DNA from: Octopus sinensis
Lineage: Eukaryota
Assembly: GCF_006345805.1 (NCBI RefSeq)
Contig: NC_043010.1
Span: 8,432,001 to 8,496,000, forward strand
Direction of reading: 5' to 3'
Length of the DNA stretch: 64,000 nt
The position numbers were made by a program, and so were the translations under genes. The notes beneath the pieces are model-generated. The model made no database searches. It was given only the letters and a program-made list of their open reading frames with translations, and was not told the origin of the DNA. Positions 54,205 to 64,000 of this stretch are shown here, piece by piece. The first letter of the stretch is position 1; each line of letters opens with the position of its first letter.

Positions 54205-54797
54205 CTGTTTTCGTGTATGTTGTATTGGTTAAGTTGCTTCCTTATATTTCTTTTACTTGGTACTGAGATGTCATTACCCTAATTCTCAACGTATTTATCA
54301 AGAAACAATTGTTTCTTTTGTCATAAATGTCTTGCTTTACTTTCCTCTTTTGTAATATCTTTAATCCACATCTCTTTCATTTTCTCAGCTATTTCCTGCA
54401 GCTATTTTTGGTACTGCCTCGATAATTTCATTGTCTACCGTTTTGTATTTTGTCTTGAATCGAGACTTTTTACTTAGATTGATAGAGATGTCTGCCCTCA
54501 GTTTTGACATAGTCAGCAACCATCTTAGTTTTGTTTCTTCCTCTGATTCTCCAATAATTTCTTTAATTAAGAATTTAAAGGAAAGTATGGACATGTCTGA
54601 CTCAAACCAATCTGTGTGTATTTCAGCATAATTTTTACATTTGTATGCCTTCCAAAAATTTTGTTTATGTATATTAAGATGGTTTTAAAGGCAGGATCTA
54701 TGCCAGTAATATTGGCATGCCCGGCAAACCGTGACATTTAAGCTGCATGCAGACTGGTCAAAACTGTATTCCAAAAATTCAGTTTGTTGGTGCCTTC
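54205..54797 (-). pseudogene. Degenerate PHD-finger plus coiled-coil ORF, probably a LINE ORF1 relic
   Basis: One frame reads ...ACSLNVTVCRACQYYWHRSCL*NHLNIHKQNFWKAYKCKNY...EIIGESEEETKLRW..., i.e. CxxC-x4-HxxC...W..xCxx(C>Y). After a frameshift it reads QEIAEKMKEMWIKDITKEESK. Confidence 0.5.
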
Positions 54798-55134
54798 TAA
54801 GAGGTACAAAAAGGAAGAAGTCAGTCAATTTACAACAGTTGTCAAGAACTCAACTGTCAGTTAAATACATTTTGAAATCTATGAATGTATGAAAGTACTA
54901 AATTGAACTTTATGATCATTACAAAATATTTTTTTGATGTTAAAATTCCATAATAAAAAACGTGACACCCAGGTCATGTTTTAACTTTAATCAACTGATA
55001 TATTATTCTATACACATTCATACAAATTCAGAATATATATACATACATACATACATACATAAATACATACATACATACATACATACATACATACATACAT
55101 ACATACATAATACATACATACATACATACATACA

Positions 55135-55168
<34 letters not shown>

Positions 55169-55179
55169 GACACCATGAT

Positions 55180-55410
55180 AGATCGTTAGCTACTACACAC
55201 ATTTTTTTCTCTCCTTGTTTCTCTCCTTTTTTTCTCTTTTTCCTCTCCTTGTTTCTCTCATTGTATTTTTCTGTGTATCTTTCTATAGAAGAGCGTAGGC
55301 TCGAAACGTAAAAGACTTTTTCTATTCCTGAGCGCTATACTAATACATCTGTTTGTTTGTACACCACCTGCCTTCGTCTTTTGTTTATTTTCGTAAACTT
55401 TCCCTTTATA
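55180..55410 (+). mobile_element. Short hammerhead-bearing repeat (Penelope-like terminal repeat-derived)
   Basis: GTATCTTT CTATAGA A GAGC-GTAG-GCTC GAAA CGTA AAAGAC at 55275-55316, followed by CCTGAGCG..ACTAATACA. Flanked by microsatellites. Confidence 0.6.
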
Positions 55411-55849
55411 TATATATATATATGCATACATACACACATGTGTGTATATCAATTAATTTGGTCATGAGTAATACACTCTTTTCTATAACTACCATACATC
55501 ATTGTTTTGAACTTGCTCTCACAAACACAATCAAGTTGAGGGTGTAATTAGTTTCTCTTGTCTTCCTGAAAATTATATCTTTTAGATATAAAATGTCTAA
55601 ACAACATACACTATAAATCAATGTTTCCAAACTCCAGAATTATACAGCCCCAGAATTATATATCACAGATTCACTCATTTTACTGTACTTGGTTTAATGT
55701 ATTTGGCTTTGTTTTTTAGTAGGGAAAGTATGTTTGAACAAACGTATGATAATAACTTACAAAATACCTTTCTAGAAATAGATTGGTTGATAATGATCAA
55801 TACCTTTACTTTGCATTGTCTTCATTTTGCTGTTGATTTTTAAAATAAA

Positions 55850-56488
55850 TGTGAGTGGATTTGGTAGACGGAAACTGAAAGAAGCCCATCGTATATATGT
55901 ATATATATGTGGAGGCGCAATGGCCCAGTGGTTAGGGCAGTGGACTTGCGGTCGGAGGATCGCGGTTTCGATTCCCAGACCGGGCGTTGTGTGTGTTTAT
56001 TGAGCGAAAACACCTAAAAGCTCCACGAGGCTCCGACAGGGGATGGTGGTGATCCCTGCTGTACTCTTTCACCACTCTAAAGGCGGTGCTCCAGCATGGC
56101 CGCAGTCAAATGACTGAAACAAGTACAAAAAAAAAAAAAAAATATATATATATATGTATGTGCATGTATATTTGTGTGTCTGTGTTTGTCCCCCTAGCGT
56201 TGCTTGACAACCAAAAGAAGCCTGTCGTATATATGTATATATATGTATATGTATGTGTGTGTATATGTTTGTGTGTTTGTGTTTGTCCCCCTAGCATTGC
56301 TTGACAACCGATGCTGGTGCGTTTACGTCCCCCGTGACTTAGCGGTTCGGCAAAAAAGACCGATAGAATAAGTACTGGGCTTACAAAAAGAATAAGTCCT
56401 GGGGGTCGAGTTGCTCGATTAAAGGCGGTGCACCAGCATGGCCACAGTCAAATGACTGAAACAAGTAAAAGAGAGTAAAAGAGAGTAA
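55850..56488 (+). mobile_element. Mosaic of SINE-A segments and a truncated SINE-C (55910-56075)
   Basis: Order is A-middle, C-head, A-tail, A-middle, then a repeated A-middle+tail. Confidence 0.8.
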
Positions 56489-56544
56489 ATGAATAAATAA
56501 CGAAAGAAAACAAAATATAGAAAAAGAGACCAAAACAGTTTTAC

Positions 56545-56577
56545 CTTCCCAGGGCCCAACTAACGATAAAGATGGGT
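56545..56577 (-). other. Candidate 33-nt microexon
   Basis: ttatttctgttcctttcAG / ACCCATCTTTATCGTTAGTTGGGCCCTGGGAAG / GTAAAA. Frame-preserving; phase 1-1 reading (D)PSLSLVGPWE. Supported by splice signals only. Confidence 0.3.
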
Positions 56578-56716
56578 CTGAAAGGAACAGAAATAAGTGT
56601 TAATATAGTTTCAAACCTTAAGGTGGTGAGCTGACAGAAAAATTGCTTAGATGCATTTCTTCTGACCTTATATTTTGAGTTCAAATGCTGCTGGAGTCAA
56701 CTTTGCCTTTCATACC

Positions 56717-56950
56717 TATTTCTTTACTACCCACAAGGGGTTAAACACAGAGAGGACAAACAAGGACAGACAAACGGATTAAGTCGATTATATCGACCCC
56801 AGTGTTTAACTGGTACTTATTTAATTGACCCTGAAAGGATGAAAGGCAAAGTCGACCATGGTGGAGTTTGAACTCAGAACGTAACGACAGACGAAATACC
56901 GCTAAGCATTTCGCTCGGTGTGCTAACGTTTCTGCCATCTCGCCGCCTTA
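56717..56950 (-). mobile_element. SINE family B nested in an older B-type SINE (56620-57060)
   Basis: 11-bp TSD CCTTTCATACC at 56706-56716 and 56951-56961. Confidence 0.9.
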
Positions 56951-57407
56951 CCTTTCATACCATTGAGGTTGATAAAATGATTACCAGTGCTGAACTAGGG
57001 TTGATATAACCAACTTATGTCTCTCTCCTGAAATTGCTGGCCTTGTGCCACAATTTTAAGCCAGTACAGCTTGAAGCCCTACCTAGCAGTTGTTTTTCAC
57101 CAAAATGATTTCTTTTATGCTCATCTACAATACTACCAAACAAAGAACTTCTATGTAGTTAGTCACACTGCAAGAATTAGCCAACAGTTCTCCCTCAAAT
57201 AACACCAAAAGTATGAGGAGACATAAGAAAATTTAGTTTTAGGGAGAAACAATGAAATAGCCATGGTTGGGACTCTTCTCACCATAGATTTATAAAAATA
57301 TACTAGAGTTAAAAGCGTATATGCATGTGTATATACATATTTATATATATATATATATATAATATATATATATATATATACACATGCACATATATATATA
57401 TATATAT

Positions 57408-57580
57408 AGGGAGAGTTTACGAAAAAAACAAAAGATGAAGACAGGTGGTGTACAAAACAAACAGATGTATTAGTATAACACTCAGGAATATAAAAAGTCT
57501 TTTATGTTTTGAGCCTACGCTCTTCTACAGGAGAGAAAAACAAGGAGAGAAAAAATGTGTGTGGCTAACATCTAATATAG
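57408..57580 (-). mobile_element. Same hammerhead-bearing repeat, CpG-decayed copy
   Basis: CTGTAGA A GAGCGTAGGCTC AAAA CATA AAAGAC at 57530-57497; adjacent to (TA)n. Confidence 0.6.
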
Positions 57581-58214
57581 GATAAAATTTTTCGAAAAAA
57601 TTCTACCAATGGCCAGCATATTAAAAAATACCTTTAAAGGTTAAATTTATAAACAACTTATAAACAAGAGCGAAAGAAAAAAGTTCTAATGCCAAATATG
57701 CCAAAAATTGACAAATCGTCAATATCCATATAATTTATCACTATAAGTACACGTCTCGAAGTAAGCTGACAGAAATTTCTAATGGAATTTTTTAGAAATT
57801 TCTGTTGGTTTACTTCGTGATGCGAACTTATAGTGATAAATTATATTTATACAGACATACATACATACATACTCACACACACATACACACATGTATATAC
57901 ACACATATATCTACAAAATCCACTCACAAAGCTTTGGTTGACATGGGGCTATAGTAGAAGACACTTGCCCAAGGTGCCACACAATGGGACTGAAACTAGA
58001 AACATGTCGTTGGGAAACAAACTTCTAAACCTTAGTATTTTGATTCTCAATACCATTTTAAAAACATTTTGATCCAGTGATCAAAACATGAGGATATTTG
58101 ATTAAATTATCTCCCTAATTAATTTACATTTTGATCTTAGAATTAAATGTTTTGAAACTGAGAAGAGGGTAACAAGATAAGTGCTTTCATTTTTATTCTT
58201 TGTTACCTTACTCT

Positions 58215-58439
58215 TACTCTCTCTTTTACTCTTTTACTTGTTTCAGTCATTTGACTGTGGCCATGCTGGAGCACCGCCTTTAGTCGAGCAGATCAACCCC
58301 AGAGCTTATTCTCTGTAAGCCTAGTACTTATTCTATCGGTCTCTTTTGCCGAACCACTAAGTTACAGGGACATAAACACACCAGCGATGATTGTCAAGCG
58401 ATTTTTGGGGGACAAACACAGACACACAAACATATATAT

Positions 58440-58470
<31 letters not shown>

Positions 58471-58800
58471 AATATATATACATATATATATATGTATATA
58501 AATTATATATAAAAATTACAAAATGGGACAAGAACGCAAAAACACACAAAGAGACAGCACAAAAAAACAGACGGGTCATTCGAAGCCTCTAATCTTCAAT
58601 CGGGAACCGGATCATCTTAGCAATTTCGGCTGATACGACGGACTTCTTTCAGTTTCCGTCTACCAAATCCACTCACAAGGCTTTGGTCGGCCTGAGGCTA
58701 TAGTAGCAGACACTTGCCCAAGGTGCCACACAGTGGGACTGAACCCAGAACCATGTGGTTTGTAAGCAAGCTACTTGCCACACAGCCACTCCTGCGCCTA
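58215..58800 (-). mobile_element. SINE family A with a foreign insert (~58500-58632) in its microsatellite
   Basis: Head and tail halves are intact on either side of the insert. Confidence 0.85.
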
Positions 58801-60929
58801 CCTTAATTGTATTTTATGACATTTTTGTTGCTACCGAGGGAAAATTTAATGATAAAGTGTTAAAGCAAAATTATTAGTCAAGGTGAAACACTGGACTTAA
58901 TGTAGAACTGATATTAGTTATTGACAAGGAGTGTTAACACAAATGCATTTTAAGACTGAGCATTCAATAATTTTTACAACATTAATAATAACTCCAGAAA
59001 CTTCAAGTGGTCTAAAGAAAAGTTAAAATTTGAAATAAAGAGACTGATCTGAGAAAGCTAATGTTGGCTGACTTTTTGTATAAATAATGGAAACTGAAAT
59101 AAATTGGTTTGTCATATGGAAAAGAAGAAAATTTGCTGTTTTGGCTTGGAGCCTTTGTCAATGAGAAAGAGGCATACATGAGGTCATTGACATGTCTTCT
59201 ATACAATGGCCTGAAACAACGATTGTCACATGCTGTCCAATTCCACCTTGTCTGCTTTAACCCAATAATAATAATAAAGTGCAGGTGTGGCTGTGTGGTT
59301 GAGAAGTGTGCTTTGCAACCACATGGTTTTGGGTTCAGTCCCCCCAGTGTATCACCTTGGGCAAATATCTCCTCCTATAGCCCATGGATTGACTAATGCC
59401 TTGTAAGTGAATCTTTTAGAGAGAAACTGTGTGGAATCCCATACCCATTGTAAATATGTGTGTGTGTAAGTGTGTGTGTGTGTGCACGTGCGTGTGTGTT
59501 TGTGTGTGTGTGTGAGTGTGTGTGCGTAAATGTGTGTGTGTGTGTAAGTGTGTGTATATACACACGTGCATGTGTGTTTGTGTGTGTGTGTGTTTCTGTT
59601 TTTTTCACATTGCTTGGCAACTGGCATTGGATTGTTTTAAATCCCTATAACTTAGTGGCTCAGCAAAAGAAACCATTGGAGTGAGTAACAGCCTTAAAAA
59701 TATGTACTGGGCTTGATTTGTTCAACTAATACCCTTCAAAGCAGTGCCCTAGCATGACTGCAGTCCAATGACTGAAACAAATACAAGTCAAAAGATAAAC
59801 ACAGCTCACTCTGTGAGTCAGTGATCATAGCATTGAATAAAAGATTACTAATCAGTTAGACAGTTCTTATGTGATACAATCTGAAATCTATGTATATTAG
59901 CTGCTATGTTCCAGTATGCTGATGAGAATAGTACATGAAATATCAACTGTTACTCACAGAAAGATCAGCCAAAATTTTTAGATATACTTTCCCTATCGAT
60001 CCATAATGATTTATTTATAAACACAAGATTATCGCAGCTAATTATATATGCTTAATGAAACATTATTTTCTGAATAAAAATAAATTTAAGAGTCCAGAAA
60101 ATTCAATTCCTGACATGAAAGTTGTTACAATCAGATAATTCTTATAGCCAATGGCTACTTAATACTTCATATAATTTTCTTTCTTCGAAGCCTTGTTAAA
60201 TATGAATGATGAATACTCCACTTGGATTATTCCCCATAGCTTTTCAAATTAAGATTTTATAAATAAAAGCTATTCAGTAATGTGATTTTATTTCAATTTA
60301 ACAAATATTAGCAAATATTTCGATTCTTTACTGTACTTGTAATTCCCAAATTGCAACAGCCAGAGGTGATAAACAAATTTAGAAAGAAAATTGAAAGTAG
60401 TGTGAAAACCAATATATTTCTAATATGAGTATTTATTGCCCATCCATAGGACTTAATATCGGTTACTTTTTAACAAAGTGCAAATATTTTAAGTGGAGAA
60501 GAAAGGAAGAATGTGATGTTCATGCCTTTTCTAGATGCATCAATGGTATTATTGAAACTGAATGGACATAGAAACTGAAACTCTAGGTTTCTGCATACCA
60601 AGAATACACTTCATGTTCTGCATCCCTGCCTGTACACAACATCGGCATGTGTGTGCATCTGTGTGTATGTGTGTGTGTGTATGTGTGTGTGTGTGTGTGC
60701 ATATGTGTGTGGTGTGTGTGCATATGTGTGTATGTGTGTGAACAAGTGCTATAGAGTTTTTCTTTTTTTTTTATTTTATTTAGTTTCAGCTCACAAGCTG
60801 TGGCCATGCTGGGGCACCACCATTTTGCTGGGGCAAAGTATATCTTATTCAATTTCTTTTTACTTGCTTGGTCTGGAGGAAAAGTCTGATTCTTTGAAGC
60901 ATGACAAACCCTCAAGACCTGTGTGAGCA

Positions 60930-61185
60930 ACGTTTTTGATATTCCTCCTGAAAGCTGCAGGAGAAACATGTACAATAGGGAATCTCAGGGGCTCCGTGTT
61001 CTGAGAAAGGAACAAAATCCAGGACATAATAGTTGATGTAGGGTCTCGGTGAGGAAGTAGCAGGCAGGTTATAGGTGATGAGAGGAGATGGGATGAGGTA
61101 TGAGGAGAGCTTGGGTGGAGTTGGCATAAGACTATCCAATTTTCATGAAGCACAGACTGTTACAGTAAAAGTTTAAAAGCTGCCT
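60930..61185 (-). mobile_element. Decayed CR1/L2-group LINE 3' end
   Basis: Broken frames resembling FY..YN.LC and NYYVLDFVP...HVSPAAFRRNIK. Confidence 0.45.
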
Positions 61186-61435
61186 CAGGTAATTGTGTGT
61201 GTGTGTATATGTATGCATGCACATGTATATGTATATGTTACAAAAGCACTGACACAGGTGTTGGAGCAATGCACTATTGTGGGTCTCACCTGAGTTTTGT
61301 TGAAAATGAATATCATAAAATAAATGCCATAAGACATTTAATCTGACCCTCTAGATATTTTGCACCCACTGCCTCTGCTGACTTCAATACAAGAAATAAT
61401 TGAAATGAAGTTTTTAGTTTGAAAAAGTTATAGAA

Positions 61436-61585
61436 TAGGTGCAGGAGTAGCTTGCTAACCAACCACATGGTTCCAGGTTCAGTCTCACTGCATGGCATCT
61501 TGGGCAAGTGTCTTCTGCTATAGCCCCGGGCCGACCAATGCCTTGTTAGTGGATTTGGTAGACGGAAACTGAAAGAAGCCTGTCG

Positions 61586-61639
<54 letters not shown>

Positions 61640-62026
61640 ACGGGAAGCTTTATGAAAATAGACAAAAGACGAAGGCAGGTGGAAAACAAACGAACAATTG
61701 TATTAGTATGGCGCTCAGGAAATATAAATAAAACAAGTCTTTAACGTTTCGAGCCTACGCTCTTCAACAGAAAGATACACAGAGAGAAAAAAAACACAGA
61801 AAGAAGAAGAGAAAAAAATGCATGCAGTAGCTAATGAATCAACATGGCGATCTGATTTCGGCCAGAGGTCAAAGATCAAACATGAGACGCGAGAGCGAAA
61901 TAAGGGGAGATAATAGGGTTGATAATAGGGTTGGTAATAGGGTTGAAGGACCAGCTAATAGTGCGTAGGAGGGGTCTGGACGTGTGAATGTATAGGGTTG
62001 GTGTATGTATTAGTATGTATAAGGGT

Positions 62027-62065
<39 letters not shown>

Positions 62066-62278
62066 TGTGTCTGTGTTTGTCCCCCTAGCATTGCTTGACA
62101 ACCGATGCTGGTGTGTTTACGTCCCCGTCACTTAGTGGTTTGGCAAAAGAGACCGATAGAATAAGTACTGGGCTTACAAAGAATAAGTCCCAGGGTCGAT
62201 TTGCTCGACTAAAGGCAGTGCTCCAGCATGGCCGCAGTCAAATGACTGAAACAAGTAAAAGAGTAAAGAGTAAAGAGT
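61436..62278 (+). mobile_element. SINE family A interrupted by the hammerhead repeat
   Basis: Head 61436-61590, tail 62060-62278. Confidence 0.85.
61640..62025 (-). mobile_element. Same hammerhead-bearing repeat inserted in the (TA)n of a SINE
   Basis: GTATCTTT CTGTTGA A GAGC-GTAG-GCTC GAAA CGTT AAAGAC at 61778-61737. It splits the SINE-A copy 61436-62278. Confidence 0.6.
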
Positions 62279-63097
62279 ATGCATGTATGTATAAATGTGT
62301 AAACACATAAGTGTTTTTGACCCTAGGTTTTGACATCACAGAATACTTATAAACTACCATCACCTTCATACAAGTGTAGTCCCTTGTTTGCAGTTTTCCA
62401 TGAAAATGTGTCCAACCACAGGGAAGGGAACAGGAGTGCCATCTATCCATAGAGAAATCTGCCCAAACAAATACTGTCTGAGTTGTGCATGGAAAAGTGG
62501 ACATTAAGAAAATGATGATGATGATGATAATGATGATGACGATGATGATGATGATGATGTTGATAAGAATGACGAGGAGGATGATGATGATGATGATGAT
62601 GCCGCCACCACCACCAACAATGACAATTCATTGTTAAGTAATGATCCAGAGAAGTACTAATTACAATCAATGAGTGCAAATTAAACAAATGGACTAGCCT
62701 AAATATAATTTCCCTCCTCATTCTGTCTGTCTGTCTGTCTCTTTTTTTTCTCTCTCTCTCTCTCTCTCTCTCCCTCATTCTCTTTATATGTGTACACATA
62801 TACATGTACACACATACATGTGTGTGTATTGGGAGCGTATGTCTGTATATATGAAAATTGCCTATAGTTTGGTTCTAATATACTTCAATCATAATTTACA
62901 TGAAATTAAGTTGAGTTCACGTCTTTAAAAGTTCAAATCTTTAAGGAGTAATTAGCACAAGAAATAAAAAGAAAAAGAGAAGCTATATTGTAAGTCTTGA
63001 GGATGACAATGTACACATGTAGTCCAATCTGTCCCCATTCAGCACTGATCGTAGGCATTCCGACCACAAGGTATCTTTACTTAAGGTATAATATATA

Positions 63098-63316
63098 TTA
63101 GGGGTTCCTGAAAATTCTTGGCTTTGGGCAAAAGAAAATACAGGAGGATCAGTTTATTTTGATTTTATTCAACATATTCCCTTCTCAGATTCACATACTT
63201 ATTGCAGTGGCCCTTCAGTTTTTCTAAGCCCTATAAAAAAGGACTCATAAGGTTGGGCCTCCAGCCAGCCCTTTCATAATACCCTTAAAGCCAAGATATT
63301 TCCAGCAACCCCTCAT
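63098..63316 (-). mobile_element. Mariner-derived MITE (second copy)
   Basis: Reverse-complement match to 24315-24528. Confidence 0.7.
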
Positions 63317-64000
63317 AAAGAATAGTATAAGGTCTTGCCATGGGCTCTAGGAATCATAAGGCTGGAGTTTAACCCAGTTTATATGGCATGTATGAGATTG
63401 ATGTTCAATACTCCTCTCTAAACATGGTGATGGTCTTTTCAGAGTTAACTTCTTATCTATTGCTGGACTTCATTTACAGCTGAATGAACTACAGTAATGT
63501 GAAATTAAGTCTTTTGCTCAAGAACATAGCACACTGCTCAGTCTGCAAATTGAAACCATGGCCTTATGATCATGACTACAACACCCTAATCACTAGGCCA
63601 GTTGCCTTCACCAAGGATGATGTCCTCCTGGAAAAATTTGCTTCCTTTCTTTAGCAATTTTAACTATTATTTCTAGCAAATTGAAGGCTCCCTGGTACGA
63701 TGTCAGAGTGACATATTTCATTGTTACAGGAACTTTATATCATTAAAAACTAAAAGTTTTTTTCCTGCCAACCATCAATATCTGAACTGTGTACAACTCG
63801 TGATTCTAGTAGAATTGAAACGTAACATTATAAATTTCTGAAGTTATTAGCCACGTATTCTATTTAGATTAGATTGAAAAATAAAAGCTATGAACAAAAT
63901 GCGTTAAAAACAGAAGATGGTCGATCTAATATTAATGTTTGGCAGAATATTTCCCTGATGACAAAGATGTTAAAAAATCGATGTGAGCAGTCTTTTTGCA

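Noticed and set aside
59012-59396. ORFs near 59.0-59.4 kb (also 41789-41983, 44239-44448)
   Set aside because: No recognisable domain and no convincing paired splice sites.

Overview
AT-rich, microsatellite- and SINE-dense animal genomic DNA. The repeat repertoire and (TA)n/(TATG)n/(CAT)n density suggest a coleoid cephalopod such as Octopus (inference). Almost all ORFs in the supplied track are translations of simple repeats or SINEs. The only well-supported host coding sequence is two phase-compatible minus-strand exons (9108-8949 and terminal 1526-1246). They encode a low-complexity tail ending ...PWNMPSQNSFTTYTKPLPAIPKISNT*, which from memory resembles the cytoplasmic tail of cephalopod protocadherins. 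No cadherin-ectodomain exon occurs in the 55 kb upstream, so most of the window is probably one very large intron. That region holds at least five SINE families with many nested insertions and TSDs, an R4/Dong-type RLE retrotransposon embedded in (TATG)n, and RTE and CR1 LINE 3' ends. It also holds a Gypsy integrase+PPT+LTR remnant, two inverted DD37D (maT) Tc1/mariner deletion derivatives, TA- and TTAA-flanked MITEs, several hairpins, a decayed PHD-finger ORF and a ~643 bp tandem duplication that may be an assembly artefact. Most notable is a short repeat family carrying minimal type I hammerhead-ribozyme motifs, one with an intact core. No database searches were possible, so family names are from recognition of motifs.
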